A stretch of DNA of 64,000 bases from a virus (taxonomy: Duplodnaviria > Heunggongvirae > Uroviricota > Caudoviricetes), in the IMG/VR virus record IMGVR_UViG_3300008110_000029. One strand, written 5' to 3'. Positions within the stretch are counted from its first letter, which is position 1. Each line of letters opens with the position of its first letter. Positions 34,255 through 43,695 of the stretch are shown piece by piece. The translations under genes were made by a program, and so were the position numbers. The notes under the pieces were generated by a model that worked only from the letters and a program-made list of their open reading frames with translations, was not told where the DNA came from and searched no databases.

Positions 34255-34949
34255 TGTGGAGTCATAGCCCTACAGTAAGCTTTGCCAGAGCCGGTAGTGT
34301 AATTTGGCAAAATATTCCAGCTAGTACTGGTAATTTGGATGTTGAAATATCTCAGTTTGGTATTTTACCAGGTCAAAGTGTTTTATATCATTGGGCCACT
34401 AATCGTGCCAATGGTGCTACCACAGTGGCCCATGCTGGCCTAACTCCAACAACTACTCTAGGAGTAGCAAATACTGGTAATACCGTATCTCAAGGGTTTG
34501 TATTAGTTCACTACCCCCTTGGACTCAGTGTTAATACTTTTGTTACATTCAGTAAGGCAAACTTCTGGGGTCCATGGTGTACACTCAGTGCTTGGCGTTT
34601 TACCAACGTTTTATATATTGCTAATGCACTGGCTCTTAACGGTAATGTAGTTGCCAACACCCCTGTTGGATCTGGATTTGGTTTTACTTCAGGCAATGTG
34701 TTTAGACCAGGGTATAAAAAATCAATAGCAGTGTTTGCAACCTCAGTGGCCACAGGCACAGCACTGACTTTAACTGGGATTGGAAATGGATATACCGCAC
34801 TGGCTCAGTATTCCAACACCAATCTCAGTGTTACCTGGCAGGCCAGACATTGGCCAATATCTTTACCAGAAACTAAAGACATAGTAGCATGGGCATTCAA
34901 TGCCAGTCAAACTGACACAAATTTTGCTATTATACGTCTTGTAATCTAG
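34254..34949 (+). CDS. probable tail-associated beta-rich protein
   Basis: coupled to the tail fibre gene, Gly/Thr/Asn-rich. Confidence 0.55.
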   Translation: MWSHSPTVSFARAGSVIWQNIPASTGNLDVEISQFGILPGQSVLYHWATNRANGATTVAHAGLTPTTTLGVANTGNTVSQGFVLVHYPLGLSVNTFVTFSKANFWGPWCTLSAWRFTNVLYIANALALNGNVVANTPVGSGFGFTSGNVFRPGYKKSIAVFATSVATGTALTLTGIGNGYTALAQYSNTNLSVTWQARHWPISLPETKDIVAWAFNASQTDTNFAIIRLVI

Positions 34950-34957
34950 GAGAATTT

Positions 34958-35155
34958 ATGAATAAAATTGTAATGGTTAACGGCGCTACCGTTAAAGTTG
35001 TGAATGAAACAGAAGTTGACAGTTTAGTAGAAAACTTAAAACTTGTTCTGCCCGATGCACAAATTAACATAATAGATTATGTTGATGCTAATTCTATAAT
35101 TGATATGAAAGACGCAAGCTTTACTGTTGTAAACCTTGAAGATCCTACAGTTTGA
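34958..35155 (+). CDS. small hypothetical protein
   Basis: AGGAG RBS. Confidence 0.65.
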   Translation: MNKIVMVNGATVKVVNETEVDSLVENLKLVLPDAQINIIDYVDANSIIDMKDASFTVVNLEDPTV

Positions 35156-35167
35156 TTAAATAGTTAT

Positions 35168-35536
35168 ATGAAATTGATTTTAACTTTGCTTTTAGCTGTG
35201 TCTTTATCTGGTTGTGCAGTAGTAGATAAAGTAAAACAAATGTGGCCTAGAGCGCATGATCCTGTTTTAGTTGATCGCTGGGTTACAGTTAGTCTAGCTA
35301 TTGAGCGTGTAGATTGCGCAGCAACACCCACAGGGTGGACAGATGTTGTTGTTCCAGCAGAACATCTAGCAAGACTCACAGAGTTTCGCAATGATCCACA
35401 GGCTAAGAACATGAGAGGGCTTGCTGATCATGCGGTGCGTATGAGCAAAGGTGGTAGCAAGACATTTTGTGAATTAGGTAAAAAGACCGCTGACCAAAGA
35501 TTGGCGGCAGCTAAATCTGCTTGGGAGGGTAGATGA
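35168..35536 (+). CDS. lipoprotein
   Basis: signal peptide with lipobox LSGC. Confidence 0.75.
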   Translation: MKLILTLLLAVSLSGCAVVDKVKQMWPRAHDPVLVDRWVTVSLAIERVDCAATPTGWTDVVVPAEHLARLTEFRNDPQAKNMRGLADHAVRMSKGGSKTFCELGKKTADQRLAAAKSAWEGR

Positions 35537-35724
35537 TGCATCCATTAGAACAAGAAGTACAGGCAATTGTAGAACAGTGTCAATTAGGTAATATTTCTCT
35601 AGAAGAACAAAATTATCTATTGCAAGAAATTCGTGATATCCGTGCTGCTCAAGAATGTGCTGGTGATGAACAGATGTTTAGATACATAGTACAGGCTTGT
35701 AACATAGCAATGAAAATTGTTTAA
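35533..35724 (+). CDS. small hypothetical protein
   Basis: coupled. Confidence 0.6.
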   Translation: MMHPLEQEVQAIVEQCQLGNISLEEQNYLLQEIRDIRAAQECAGDEQMFRYIVQACNIAMKIV

Positions 35725-35736
35725 TTAAATAATATT

Positions 35737-35976
35737 ATGAGAATAGCAGAAGTAGTTGAGAGACCAGTAGATGAAGCACCTGCAAGTCGCGCCTTATGCA
35801 CTTCAGGTAAACCAGATTCTGCCTTAGGTGCTAGCCAGTTGGCTTCATGTAAGAGCCAAGGTTACAGATCCAGAGACGGTGGCAAAAGTCATAAGATCGG
35901 CCAAGAACGTGTAAAAGTTCGCGGCAAGAAAATCAAAGGTAAGAAATATGGAGGTCCTCTTCCGGACTGGAGCTGA
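35737..35976 (+). CDS. small basic protein with CTS-like leader (MRIAEVVE)
   Basis: TAAATA upstream. Confidence 0.7.
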   Translation: MRIAEVVERPVDEAPASRALCTSGKPDSALGASQLASCKSQGYRSRDGGKSHKIGQERVKVRGKKIKGKKYGGPLPDWS

Positions 35977-36545
35977 TGGATATTAAAAATCATTATGAAG
36001 TAAATGTAGGGGATATGTTGGTTGCACCCCCTAACATGAAAGACCCAAGATTCAACAAATCCGTAGTTTTAATTACCCGTGTTAGTGAACATGGAAGTCA
36101 AGGATTTGTTATCAATAAACAAACTAGTCATGGTATTAACAGTCTAATTGATGATACCGGACTAACTCTAGATCAAAACTATCCTTTATATTGGGGCGGC
36201 CCAGTAAATCAAAATACTGTATGGATGCTACACGATTCTAATTGGGGTTTAGAACAAACATTATCTATTAACGATCAATGGAGCATGACCAGTCATCGTA
36301 ATATGTTTGAAGCACTAAAGGTTGGACACATGCCTGCTAGATTTAAAATTCTTTATGGATTTGCAGGTTGGGGTGCTGATCAATTAGAAAATGAAATCCG
36401 TGGAGAATATCCTTGGAACCAAAACTCCAGTTGGCTTATTCTCCACGAACCCGATCCAAATTGGATCGTAGAAAGAGATGCAGAAGATCTGTGGACTGAC
36501 GCTATAACTTTTACAGCTAATCAAACAGTTTCTACTTGGTTGTGA
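35976..36545 (+). CDS. YqgE/AlgH (DUF179) family protein
   Basis: LVAPPNMKDPRF, GFVINK, YWGGPV, GFAGWGADQLENE. Confidence 0.88.
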   Translation: MDIKNHYEVNVGDMLVAPPNMKDPRFNKSVVLITRVSEHGSQGFVINKQTSHGINSLIDDTGLTLDQNYPLYWGGPVNQNTVWMLHDSNWGLEQTLSINDQWSMTSHRNMFEALKVGHMPARFKILYGFAGWGADQLENEIRGEYPWNQNSSWLILHEPDPNWIVERDAEDLWTDAITFTANQTVSTWL

Positions 36546-36807
36546 GTTTATCGCTATTCTTGATTGTATCAAGCAACTCCTGCTTCTCCTTTTGATACTT
36601 GCGCCACTGTTCTTGAGAACCATCCCACACAACCCATTTAAGCATAGATCCTAGAATCACTATCATGGGAACTAGACTTAGATAGAAAACATAAGGTGGT
36701 TCAGACACCATTGCTGCTCCAAAGAATGCAGCACTAACTATCCAGCATTTCTGCCAGAATTCAAACTTTTTCCATTGCCACGATACAAAATTCCAAACGT
36801 CTTTCAT
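36532..36807 (-). CDS. two-TM membrane protein
   Basis: GAGG RBS, hydrophobic helices. Confidence 0.7.
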   Translation of the reverse strand: MKDVWNFVSWQWKKFEFWQKCWIVSAAFFGAAMVSEPPYVFYLSLVPMIVILGSMLKWVVWDGSQEQWRKYQKEKQELLDTIKNSDKLTTK

Positions 36808-37212
36808 TTAGACCTCCTCAAAAAGTTGACTAAACATAGGATTAACATACGAATAAGTTTTCTTATGATCTCCAAACAGCTTAGTTTTTTTGTTATGACA
36901 ATTAGCACATAAGATTTTTAAATTATCTTTAGAAGTATTGAGTTTATCTCCGTCGTGATGATCAATAGTTAAACTGTCATTATAAGGATCTCTACAGAAC
37001 CATCCTAGATATCCAGATCGATTTTCACATCCAACACTTTGTTTCCACTCGTCAACTTCAAATTTTAATGCGTTTCTATGAGCTGCACAAAATGTAGTCC
37101 ACTTCCATACAGGACTACCATCTAATTTGTTATTTCTTTTGTGATATCCTACTTGATTTAAACAACTAGGTAAACTGCATTTTGGTGCATGTTGTTTAGA
37201 TAGAGATACCAT
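36808..37212 (-). CDS. HNH endonuclease
   Basis: IDHHDG..N...NLKILCANCH. Confidence 0.85.
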   Translation of the reverse strand: MVSLSKQHAPKCSLPSCLNQVGYHKRNNKLDGSPVWKWTTFCAAHRNALKFEVDEWKQSVGCENRSGYLGWFCRDPYNDSLTIDHHDGDKLNTSKDNLKILCANCHNKKTKLFGDHKKTYSYVNPMFSQLFEEV

Positions 37213-37477
37213 TGTCTATTCCTTTAGGTAAATTAATTTGCCTGTTATACTGACTGTTAATACTGTTGTCTGCTTCTGGACCGGGATACTTTACATTGCT
37301 TTCTACTCCGAGTCCAAACGCTGCACGAATGTTCTTTTTATCTGCTTGACTACCACAGATTTGCGCACACTCTTCTGCTACTAGCTCTGCTAACATTTCC
37401 ATGCGATGTTGACAGTCTTCTGTAATGTATTTGTGAAGACCGTGATCTAACATTAATTGTTTAAGTCGTTGGTTCAT
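37196..37477 (-). CDS. hypothetical protein
   Basis: 93 aa, coupled. Confidence 0.6.
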   Translation of the reverse strand: MNQRLKQLMLDHGLHKYITEDCQHRMEMLAELVAEECAQICGSQADKKNIRAAFGLGVESNVKYPGPEADNSINSQYNRQINLPKGIDNGISI

Positions 37478-37670
37478 TCTTCAACTCCATATAAGGTGCT
37501 ATGTCGTTGTCAAAGATCTGTGCCATTACTGACCATATCCATTGACGCTCTTGTTCAGTAGTTCCAGAAGAAATAACATCTGCAAATCCTGTGCCTACTT
37601 GTTTTTCAAGCCCGTAGTCGTGTCTATATGTATAACACATTGAAGTGATTATTTCTTCACGTGTTTTCAT
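37461..37670 (-). CDS. hypothetical protein
   Basis: 69 aa, coupled. Confidence 0.65.
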   Translation of the reverse strand: MKTREEIITSMCYTYRHDYGLEKQVGTGFADVISSGTTEQERQWIWSVMAQIFDNDIAPYMELKNEPTT

Positions 37671-37987
37671 TCTTCAACTCCAAAATGTTTCTTAATCTGT
37701 CTAGCAATAATAGCACCCATATCATCATCACGATGACTACTGTTTAATGATACCTGAACACATTCCTTTACAATCATCTCAGCAAATCTATGAGCAGTGG
37801 GTTTCCACATTGGACTGTGATAGATATTAAAATGAGCTTTATCGGCTATCTCTTTAAATGGATCTTCCAGTTCGGCTAAAGACTGATTACGTTTTTTTAC
37901 AAACTCATCATACTCTTCTTGTGTTCCTAACTGATATCCACCATCGCCTGCGTGAATGTCTGCGCCTGCTTTAATATTTTCATTCAT
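37667..37987 (-). CDS. hypothetical protein
   Basis: 106 aa, coupled. Confidence 0.65.
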   Translation of the reverse strand: MNENIKAGADIHAGDGGYQLGTQEEYDEFVKKRNQSLAELEDPFKEIADKAHFNIYHSPMWKPTAHRFAEMIVKECVQVSLNSSHRDDDMGAIIARQIKKHFGVEE

Positions 37988-37989
37988 TA

Positions 37990-38223
37990 TTATCCCTTTA
38001 ATTCTTTCAAGACCTGCTCTTTAGCACGACGATCAAGATCAACTTCATTGGCCTCAATAATTTTGTAAGACATCAAATCAATAAATTCCATAACTGCTTC
38101 TTTGCCACTATCAGTAAGATGACTATAACCAGCACCTACAGATGAATGATAGTAGTATCTATTATTGTTTAGAATCTCTTCTAATCCACCGTAAACTAGA
38201 TCTTTGATAGCACCTTTTTGCAT
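37990..38223 (-). CDS. hypothetical protein (start MQKGAI)
   Basis: start 1 nt after the ligase stop. Confidence 0.7.
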   Translation of the reverse strand: MQKGAIKDLVYGGLEEILNNNRYYYHSSVGAGYSHLTDSGKEAVMEFIDLMSYKIIEANEVDLDRRAKEQVLKELKG

Positions 38224-38224
38224 C

Positions 38225-39553
38225 TTAGATTTTTTCACCTTTCGTAAAGCCACGGAATCGGAGGAATCTTGGGAAGCGTAAGGACCAAACATCTTCGCTG
38301 TCCTGGCTCCTAGTTGCCGCATCCGCCCTGACTTCCACAACTTGACCAATAAGGGTATCACGGACATCCCAGTAATCAGTGCGTTGGTCATCGGTAAAGC
38401 CGGACCCAACATTGACTTTAATAAACTTACCGTCATCTTCACCCTCGCAGATGAGAGCTCCAAGTCGTCCTTCATTTCTACCAGTTCCTTCCTCATAGGC
38501 TGTTACAGTTAGGCTCACTTCAATAAAAGGTTTCATTTTGAGCCAACTAGCAGAACGTTTGCACTCATATGGTGCATCCACATCCTTAATCATAATTCCT
38601 TCGTATCCATCTTCAATCATTTGTTTGTTGAAGTCCTGGAATTCAATTTTTCCAACCAGTGTTTCTAAATCAACTTCGACCCACGGTACGATGGTAATGC
38701 ACCCACTGTCTCCAAATAGGTTAGTAAAGTTAGACTTGAGAAAGTTAAGTCTGCGACGCTGACCCAATGCACTTTCACCTTGTTTAAATTCTACAAGTGG
38801 AATGATATCAAAAATGTTAAGCACAGCATCGCCTGCAGATACGTTGTCTTTGCGATGTACTTGTTTCATTAAATCTTGAAATGAGTTACTCATGATCTCG
38901 CCATCGATTACATAGCTGCGACTAATTTCATCTAAGTGATCTTCAAGGTACTTTGTGATATGTGCAAAGTTTTCTAACACTTTGCCATTGCGTGTATATT
39001 GGGTAACAGTACGTGCTTCGTAATTAACTACAGTAAGACAGCGAACGCCATCTAGTTTCTTCTGCAGAATCTTAGTACCTGTGATTTTACTTTCATGATT
39101 CTGACTATCATGACTTAGCATACATTCAAACACAGGAACGGCGTACTGTGTCTTTTTTTGTTTTTTAGCAACTGTGTTAACAGTTTTCTCTGATACACCG
39201 CAACGTAAATCTTTAATAAGAATACGACGGTAGTAGTCGTTCCATTGCGCCTGTGTGGCCACACCCATTGCTAATAATACGGCATCACGAGCAGCATGAC
39301 CGGTGAGTTCACGACGATATAGACTTTCGGCCAGTTGCTTAAAGTTTTCCCAACTTAGGCCTTGACCGTTGTTCTCTTCTTTAATAGGAACTTGTTTGAC
39401 ACCAAAAGTGTAAAGATTGTCAAGCGCCATACGAACGCCTTCAAAGAACTCGTCAAGTCCTTCATTCATAGCGTCTGCTAGAATAGCTTCTTTGGCTAAA
39501 CGACTGTTATCTGCTTCAAGTTTTTGAATGATAACTTCTGGTTGTGTGCGCAT
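38225..39553 (-). CDS. ATP-dependent DNA ligase
   Basis: KKLDGVR (motif I), VIDGEI, EGIMIK, WLKMKP, LRFPRF. Confidence 0.95.
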   Translation of the reverse strand: MRTQPEVIIQKLEADNSRLAKEAILADAMNEGLDEFFEGVRMALDNLYTFGVKQVPIKEENNGQGLSWENFKQLAESLYRRELTGHAARDAVLLAMGVATQAQWNDYYRRILIKDLRCGVSEKTVNTVAKKQKKTQYAVPVFECMLSHDSQNHESKITGTKILQKKLDGVRCLTVVNYEARTVTQYTRNGKVLENFAHITKYLEDHLDEISRSYVIDGEIMSNSFQDLMKQVHRKDNVSAGDAVLNIFDIIPLVEFKQGESALGQRRRLNFLKSNFTNLFGDSGCITIVPWVEVDLETLVGKIEFQDFNKQMIEDGYEGIMIKDVDAPYECKRSASWLKMKPFIEVSLTVTAYEEGTGRNEGRLGALICEGEDDGKFIKVNVGSGFTDDQRTDYWDVRDTLIGQVVEVRADAATRSQDSEDVWSLRFPRFLRFRGFTKGEKI

Positions 39554-39585
39554 CTGTGCCTCGCTCTGTTAACTACAATAACCAT

Positions 39586-39614
39586 ATTGTAGCATCAGTG
39601 CGAGGCATTGTCAA
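39586..39614 (-). promoter_or_regulatory. sigma70-type promoter of ligase operon
   Basis: TTGACA-17nt-TACAAT. Confidence 0.75.
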
Positions 39615-39615
39615 C

Positions 39616-40647
39616 TTATTCTTCTGAGAATAGTTCGTTGGCTATGTTGGATTGTTTTTTCTTTTTACCAAACCCGCGATTGCCCATACCTGGGTGATTG
39701 GTTTTGTTATCAACAATGATGTTACCTGCACGTTCATTTGGAACAAAGAAATAGTCCATGATGCCTTTGACTTTGGCCCAAGTATCTGGAAGTTTGTCGC
39801 CCTTGAATGTGTAGATACTGTAGTTTCCAATTTGATTAATAAAGAAATCTGCAATATCTTGCGGAGTATAACTAAACTTTTTAGCCTGTGCTTCAACCAT
39901 TTCTAGTTGAACTATTGGACGACATCTGCGTATAGTCTGTTCGCCGCCCTTAAGAACAGGAAACTCATATCCCTCAACGTCAACTTTTATAATGTCAACA
40001 TTTTCAAAATTATATGAGTCTAGTGTATTAACTGTGACTGTATGCAATGTATAATTAGTCTTGTCTTTACGTCCTTCTGTAAGGATACAATTGTGCCCAG
40101 CATTATTCGGATGATGTTCCATTTGAAATGATCCAGGAACTTCGCCTAGTCCTACATTGTGTGTATGAATATTTCCTGTAATGGAAAGACTAGCAAATTG
40201 TCCATTAGATAGTTTGTACCAACCATCTGCATGATTAGGATCGTGAACTGTATTAACTGTCTTTGTATCCCAATAACGACCTTTTAGTTCTACATGTTTA
40301 TTGAGATTGATATTTTCTAACGCCATTTGATAGGTATCGGGAAATGGTTCAAACCCGTGAACGTCCTGCGCCCATGTAGCATATTCCATTGTATTGTTTG
40401 CAACGTTCATGCCTACATCAATAATTGTGCGAGCGTTAGGAATTACATTTCTTAAGAATTTAAGATTGCGTCCCTGATAAGGACCGTTTTCTCTAGCAAA
40501 ACGCTGCACATAAAGGGCATCTCCTTTGGTTACCCAATAGAGTCTGCCCATACGATTATGTATTAATTCTTTAGTTGGATCGTTTGTTAAGTTGCCTAAT
40601 GTTCTAAAATGATTGATGTCCCATTCATGCCATTGATAGTTTTTCAT
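39616..40647 (-). CDS. FkbM-family methyltransferase
   Basis: IIDVGMNV, VHGFEP, IIKVDVEGYEFPVLKGG. Confidence 0.88.
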   Translation of the reverse strand: MKNYQWHEWDINHFRTLGNLTNDPTKELIHNRMGRLYWVTKGDALYVQRFARENGPYQGRNLKFLRNVIPNARTIIDVGMNVANNTMEYATWAQDVHGFEPFPDTYQMALENINLNKHVELKGRYWDTKTVNTVHDPNHADGWYKLSNGQFASLSITGNIHTHNVGLGEVPGSFQMEHHPNNAGHNCILTEGRKDKTNYTLHTVTVNTLDSYNFENVDIIKVDVEGYEFPVLKGGEQTIRRCRPIVQLEMVEAQAKKFSYTPQDIADFFINQIGNYSIYTFKGDKLPDTWAKVKGIMDYFFVPNERAGNIIVDNKTNHPGMGNRGFGKKKKQSNIANELFSEE

Positions 40648-41524
40648 TATTTTTATTTCCTGTATATTTTGCCTTAGATGGTTTGTGAGTGTAATGCAAT
40701 CGTTCGAGCTCGTGAAAGTCGTTGCTCACAAACACAGACAAGTCTTTAGGAATTTGGTGATAACTTTCTACTTTGTTGTAAAGAAAGTCAGTTGCCTCAT
40801 TCATTAACTTGTTATGATAGTTATCATCTATTGTATCTAGATGGTTTAGAATCCGGCTAATAAAAGGATCTTCGCGTGTTTGAATCATAGCAATTTCAGC
40901 CATGGTCATGTTGTTGGCAGGAACAAAGCCTTTGTCATTTCGCCAACACAATACACTGGTATCCATTTTAGCATAACGCCAAAACGGACGATGATTAGTA
41001 TTTTCGTGAGAGCCACTGTCATTACGTTCTTCATTCATAATAGTAGCAACAACAGTGTTGGCAAGGATCCATTTAGCAACATCAGTTGCCTTATTCATAT
41101 TTTCGCTTAGGATAGCCTCTACTAGTTCTTCACGACGTTGACGATTTTGTACTGTATGTTCGCAGTGATAAAACTCGCTGAATCGTCCTTGTGGTTGACC
41201 GTTGATCATCATGTGGCTGAGAGCACGAGCACTGATAAAAATAGAACCCCAATTGCCTTCTGTAGATTTAAGACCGTAGGTATCTGCTGCTTGTCGCAGA
41301 GCATAATCTACGCTAGATGTATTTTGATTAGATACACCGTGCCAACCTTGGCCACTGATGTGTTCACGGTAGTAGGCATTGTCTCGTGCCTTATCCATAT
41401 CGCCATTTAAAAGATTAATGACTTCTTTATAGCCATTAGTCATAACTAGAATACGGGCACAGATTCCCAGCAGTTTTTCTGCAACAAGTTTTGGATCTGC
41501 TTTAAGACGTTTTTCTAAGTTCAT
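40625..41524 (-). CDS. hypothetical protein (possible nuclease-related fold)
   Basis: 299 aa, HCEHTV segment, own promoter. Confidence 0.7.
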   Translation of the reverse strand: MNLEKRLKADPKLVAEKLLGICARILVMTNGYKEVINLLNGDMDKARDNAYYREHISGQGWHGVSNQNTSSVDYALRQAADTYGLKSTEGNWGSIFISARALSHMMINGQPQGRFSEFYHCEHTVQNRQRREELVEAILSENMNKATDVAKWILANTVVATIMNEERNDSGSHENTNHRPFWRYAKMDTSVLCWRNDKGFVPANNMTMAEIAMIQTREDPFISRILNHLDTIDDNYHNKLMNEATDFLYNKVESYHQIPKDLSVFVSNDFHELERLHYTHKPSKAKYTGNKNNEKLSMA

Positions 41525-41553
41525 TTAGAATCTCATTAGTTACTATAAAATAC

Positions 41554-41582
41554 ATTATAGCATCTAATGAGATTTTTGTCAA
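41554..41582 (-). promoter_or_regulatory. sigma70-type promoter
   Basis: TTGACA-17nt-TATAAT. Confidence 0.8.
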
Positions 41583-42097
41583 ACACCCAAATAATCAGCC
41601 CAACTTGGATGACGTAAATTGAATCCTTTGACTCTACGTTTCTCAGCCAATTCCCAGTAATCTGGTTTATAGGGTGTAGTTTTTGGTTTGTGCTTGCCTA
41701 CATGAGCAGCCTTGCGATAGTTGCAGGATTTACATGCTGTAGTTAGATTTAACCAAGAGCTTGTACCACCATGACTAATTGGATGCACGTGATCTAATGT
41801 GGCTGTTTGTTCATTCACATCAGTTCCGCAGTATTGACAAGTATAACGATCTCGTAAGAATACGTTTCGTTTGGTTAAACGAACGATATGCTTTTTCTTG
41901 TAGTACTCGTTTAATAGTAGTACAGCAGGCACACGAGTTTCCCAACGTGCAGATCTTACGATCCAATCGTCGTGCCAATCTAATACTCTGGCTTTTTCCA
42001 AAACCATGTAGCGGATAGCTTCTTGCCAATCGCAGGTAGACAACGGTAAAAGACTTACCGGCTGAGCATCTGCGTTTAATATTAATGTATCTGACAT
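41579..42097 (-). CDS. HNH endonuclease (McrA-like)
   Basis: RDRYTCQYCG, TLDHVHP, NLTTACKSCN. Confidence 0.92.
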   Translation of the reverse strand: MSDTLILNADAQPVSLLPLSTCDWQEAIRYMVLEKARVLDWHDDWIVRSARWETRVPAVLLLNEYYKKKHIVRLTKRNVFLRDRYTCQYCGTDVNEQTATLDHVHPISHGGTSSWLNLTTACKSCNYRKAAHVGKHKPKTTPYKPDYWELAEKRRVKGFNLRHPSWADYLGV

Positions 42098-42153
42098 GTT
42101 GTTTTGAATGGTTACAAACGTTATTTAAGTCTTAAAATATACATTCTTTTTGC

Positions 42154-42182
42154 TTGACTTGCAAGATGATTTTGCATAAAAT
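42154..42182 (+). promoter_or_regulatory. sigma70-type promoter of epimerase-clpP
   Basis: TTGACT-17nt-TAAAAT. Confidence 0.7.
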
Positions 42183-42188
42183 AAACAA

Positions 42189-43130
42189 ATGAAGCGTATC
42201 TTAATTACAGGGGCGGCCGGGTTCTTGGGTAGAAATTTAACCCATTATCTCAAAGACAAGTACGAATTAGTTTTAGTAGACCAAGACCCAGAACACTGGA
42301 CTAACTTTCAGTTAGAACCGCATGACTCAAATATTAGAATTGAAGTAGCAGATCTTCACGAAGACCTGTTTATATATGTTGCTCTGTTGCAGGATGTAGA
42401 CGCTGTTATTCATTGTGCCAATAGAGCAAGAATTGATCCTAGCTGGTTAGAGTATCAACAATATTATCAAACTAACATTGGCGACACTCAAAAGTTTTTT
42501 CAATTGTGTCAAGAACACAATATTAAAAAGTTTATCTATATCAGTTCTAGTTCAGTCTATGGTAACAATGGACAAGAAATACAAACAGAAGATGGTCAGT
42601 TAAATCCCAGCAGTCCATACGCAGTCAGCAAATTAGCAGCAGAATGGGCACTTCGTGTTCAAAGTCAAAAGGCATGGATAACTGAATTAATTATTGCAAG
42701 ACCATTTACCATGTATGGTGCATATATGGATTACAGTGACCGTGCTTTAATGATACCAAGATACATGAAGTCTTTGGTAGATGGACATCCTTTATTTTTA
42801 CACGGTGATGGTGCCCAACGTAGAGACTTTGTTCATGCATCTGATGCAGTTCAAGCTATAGAACTGTTAATAGAAAAAGGACAGCGCGATGAGATTTATA
42901 ATATTGGATCAGGAACATCGACAAGTGTTAAAGAAATAGCAGATGTTGTAAGCATGAAACAGATTAAGGTTCCTGATAGATTAGGACAGGTCAAGTCTAC
43001 TCTAGCAGATATATCAAAGTTACAGCAGTTAGGTTATGTACCAAAAGTAAATGTAATTAATTGGATTACCAATCAAGTTGAACAATTTAACAAAAGGAAA
43101 CAAAATGAGTCTAGTACCAGTAGTAGTTGA
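42189..43130 (+). CDS. NAD-dependent epimerase/dehydratase (extended SDR)
   Basis: [25 protein letters not shown]. Confidence 0.92.
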   Translation: MKRILITGAAGFLGRNLTHYLKDKYELVLVDQDPEHWTNFQLEPHDSNIRIEVADLHEDLFIYVALLQDVDAVIHCANRARIDPSWLEYQQYYQTNIGDTQKFFQLCQEHNIKKFIYISSSSVYGNNGQEIQTEDGQLNPSSPYAVSKLAAEWALRVQSQKAWITELIIARPFTMYGAYMDYSDRALMIPRYMKSLVDGHPLFLHGDGAQRRDFVHASDAVQAIELLIEKGQRDEIYNIGSGTSTSVKEIADVVSMKQIKVPDRLGQVKSTLADISKLQQLGYVPKVNVINWITNQVEQFNKRKQNESSTSSS

Positions 43131-43695
43131 GTCTACCAGCAAAGGTGAGCGTGCCTATGATATCTATAGTCGTTTGCTCAAAGAGCGTATTGTCATGCTC
43201 AACGGCCCAGTTGAAGACATGATGAGTAATTTAATTGTAGCTCAAATATTATTCTTAGAATCGGAAGATCCTAAGAAAGAAATCAATCTTTTTATTAACA
43301 GTCCCGGAGGAGTTGTAACAGCAGGCATGGCTATCTACGATGTTATGCAATTTGTTAAATGCGATATTGCTACCTATGTTATGGGACAGGCCTGTTCAAT
43401 GGGTAGTTTGTTAGCACAGTCAGGAGCACCGGGTAAACGTTTTATGTTACCTAATGCTCGTCATATGATTCATCAACCTTCGGGAGGTGCAAGAGGTCAA
43501 GCCACTGACATGCAGATTCAAGTTGAAGAAATCTTAAAGATGAAAAAAGAACTTACTGGAATCTATGTTAAACATAACAGCAAAGGCAAAACATTTGAAC
43601 AGCTAACAGCTGACATGGAACGTGATAAGTTTATGTCAGCACAAGAAGCTCTTGACTACGGATTAATTGATAAGATTATTGATAAACGTCCTTAA
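43105..43695 (+). CDS. clpP: ATP-dependent Clp protease proteolytic subunit (start MSLVPV)
   Basis: [30 protein letters not shown] and RDKFMS, so the Ser-His-Asp triad is intact. Confidence 0.95.
   Translation: MSLVPVVVESTSKGERAYDIYSRLLKERIVMLNGPVEDMMSNLIVAQILFLESEDPKKEINLFINSPGGVVTAGMAIYDVMQFVKCDIATYVMGQACSMGSLLAQSGAPGKRFMLPNARHMIHQPSGGARGQATDMQIQVEEILKMKKELTGIYVKHNSKGKTFEQLTADMERDKFMSAQEALDYGLIDKIIDKRP

Noticed and set aside
37990-38496. 168-aa ORF overlapping the ligase 3' end
   Set aside because: The upstream half is an alternative frame of the ligase; the plausible start is ATG 38223 right after the ligase stop
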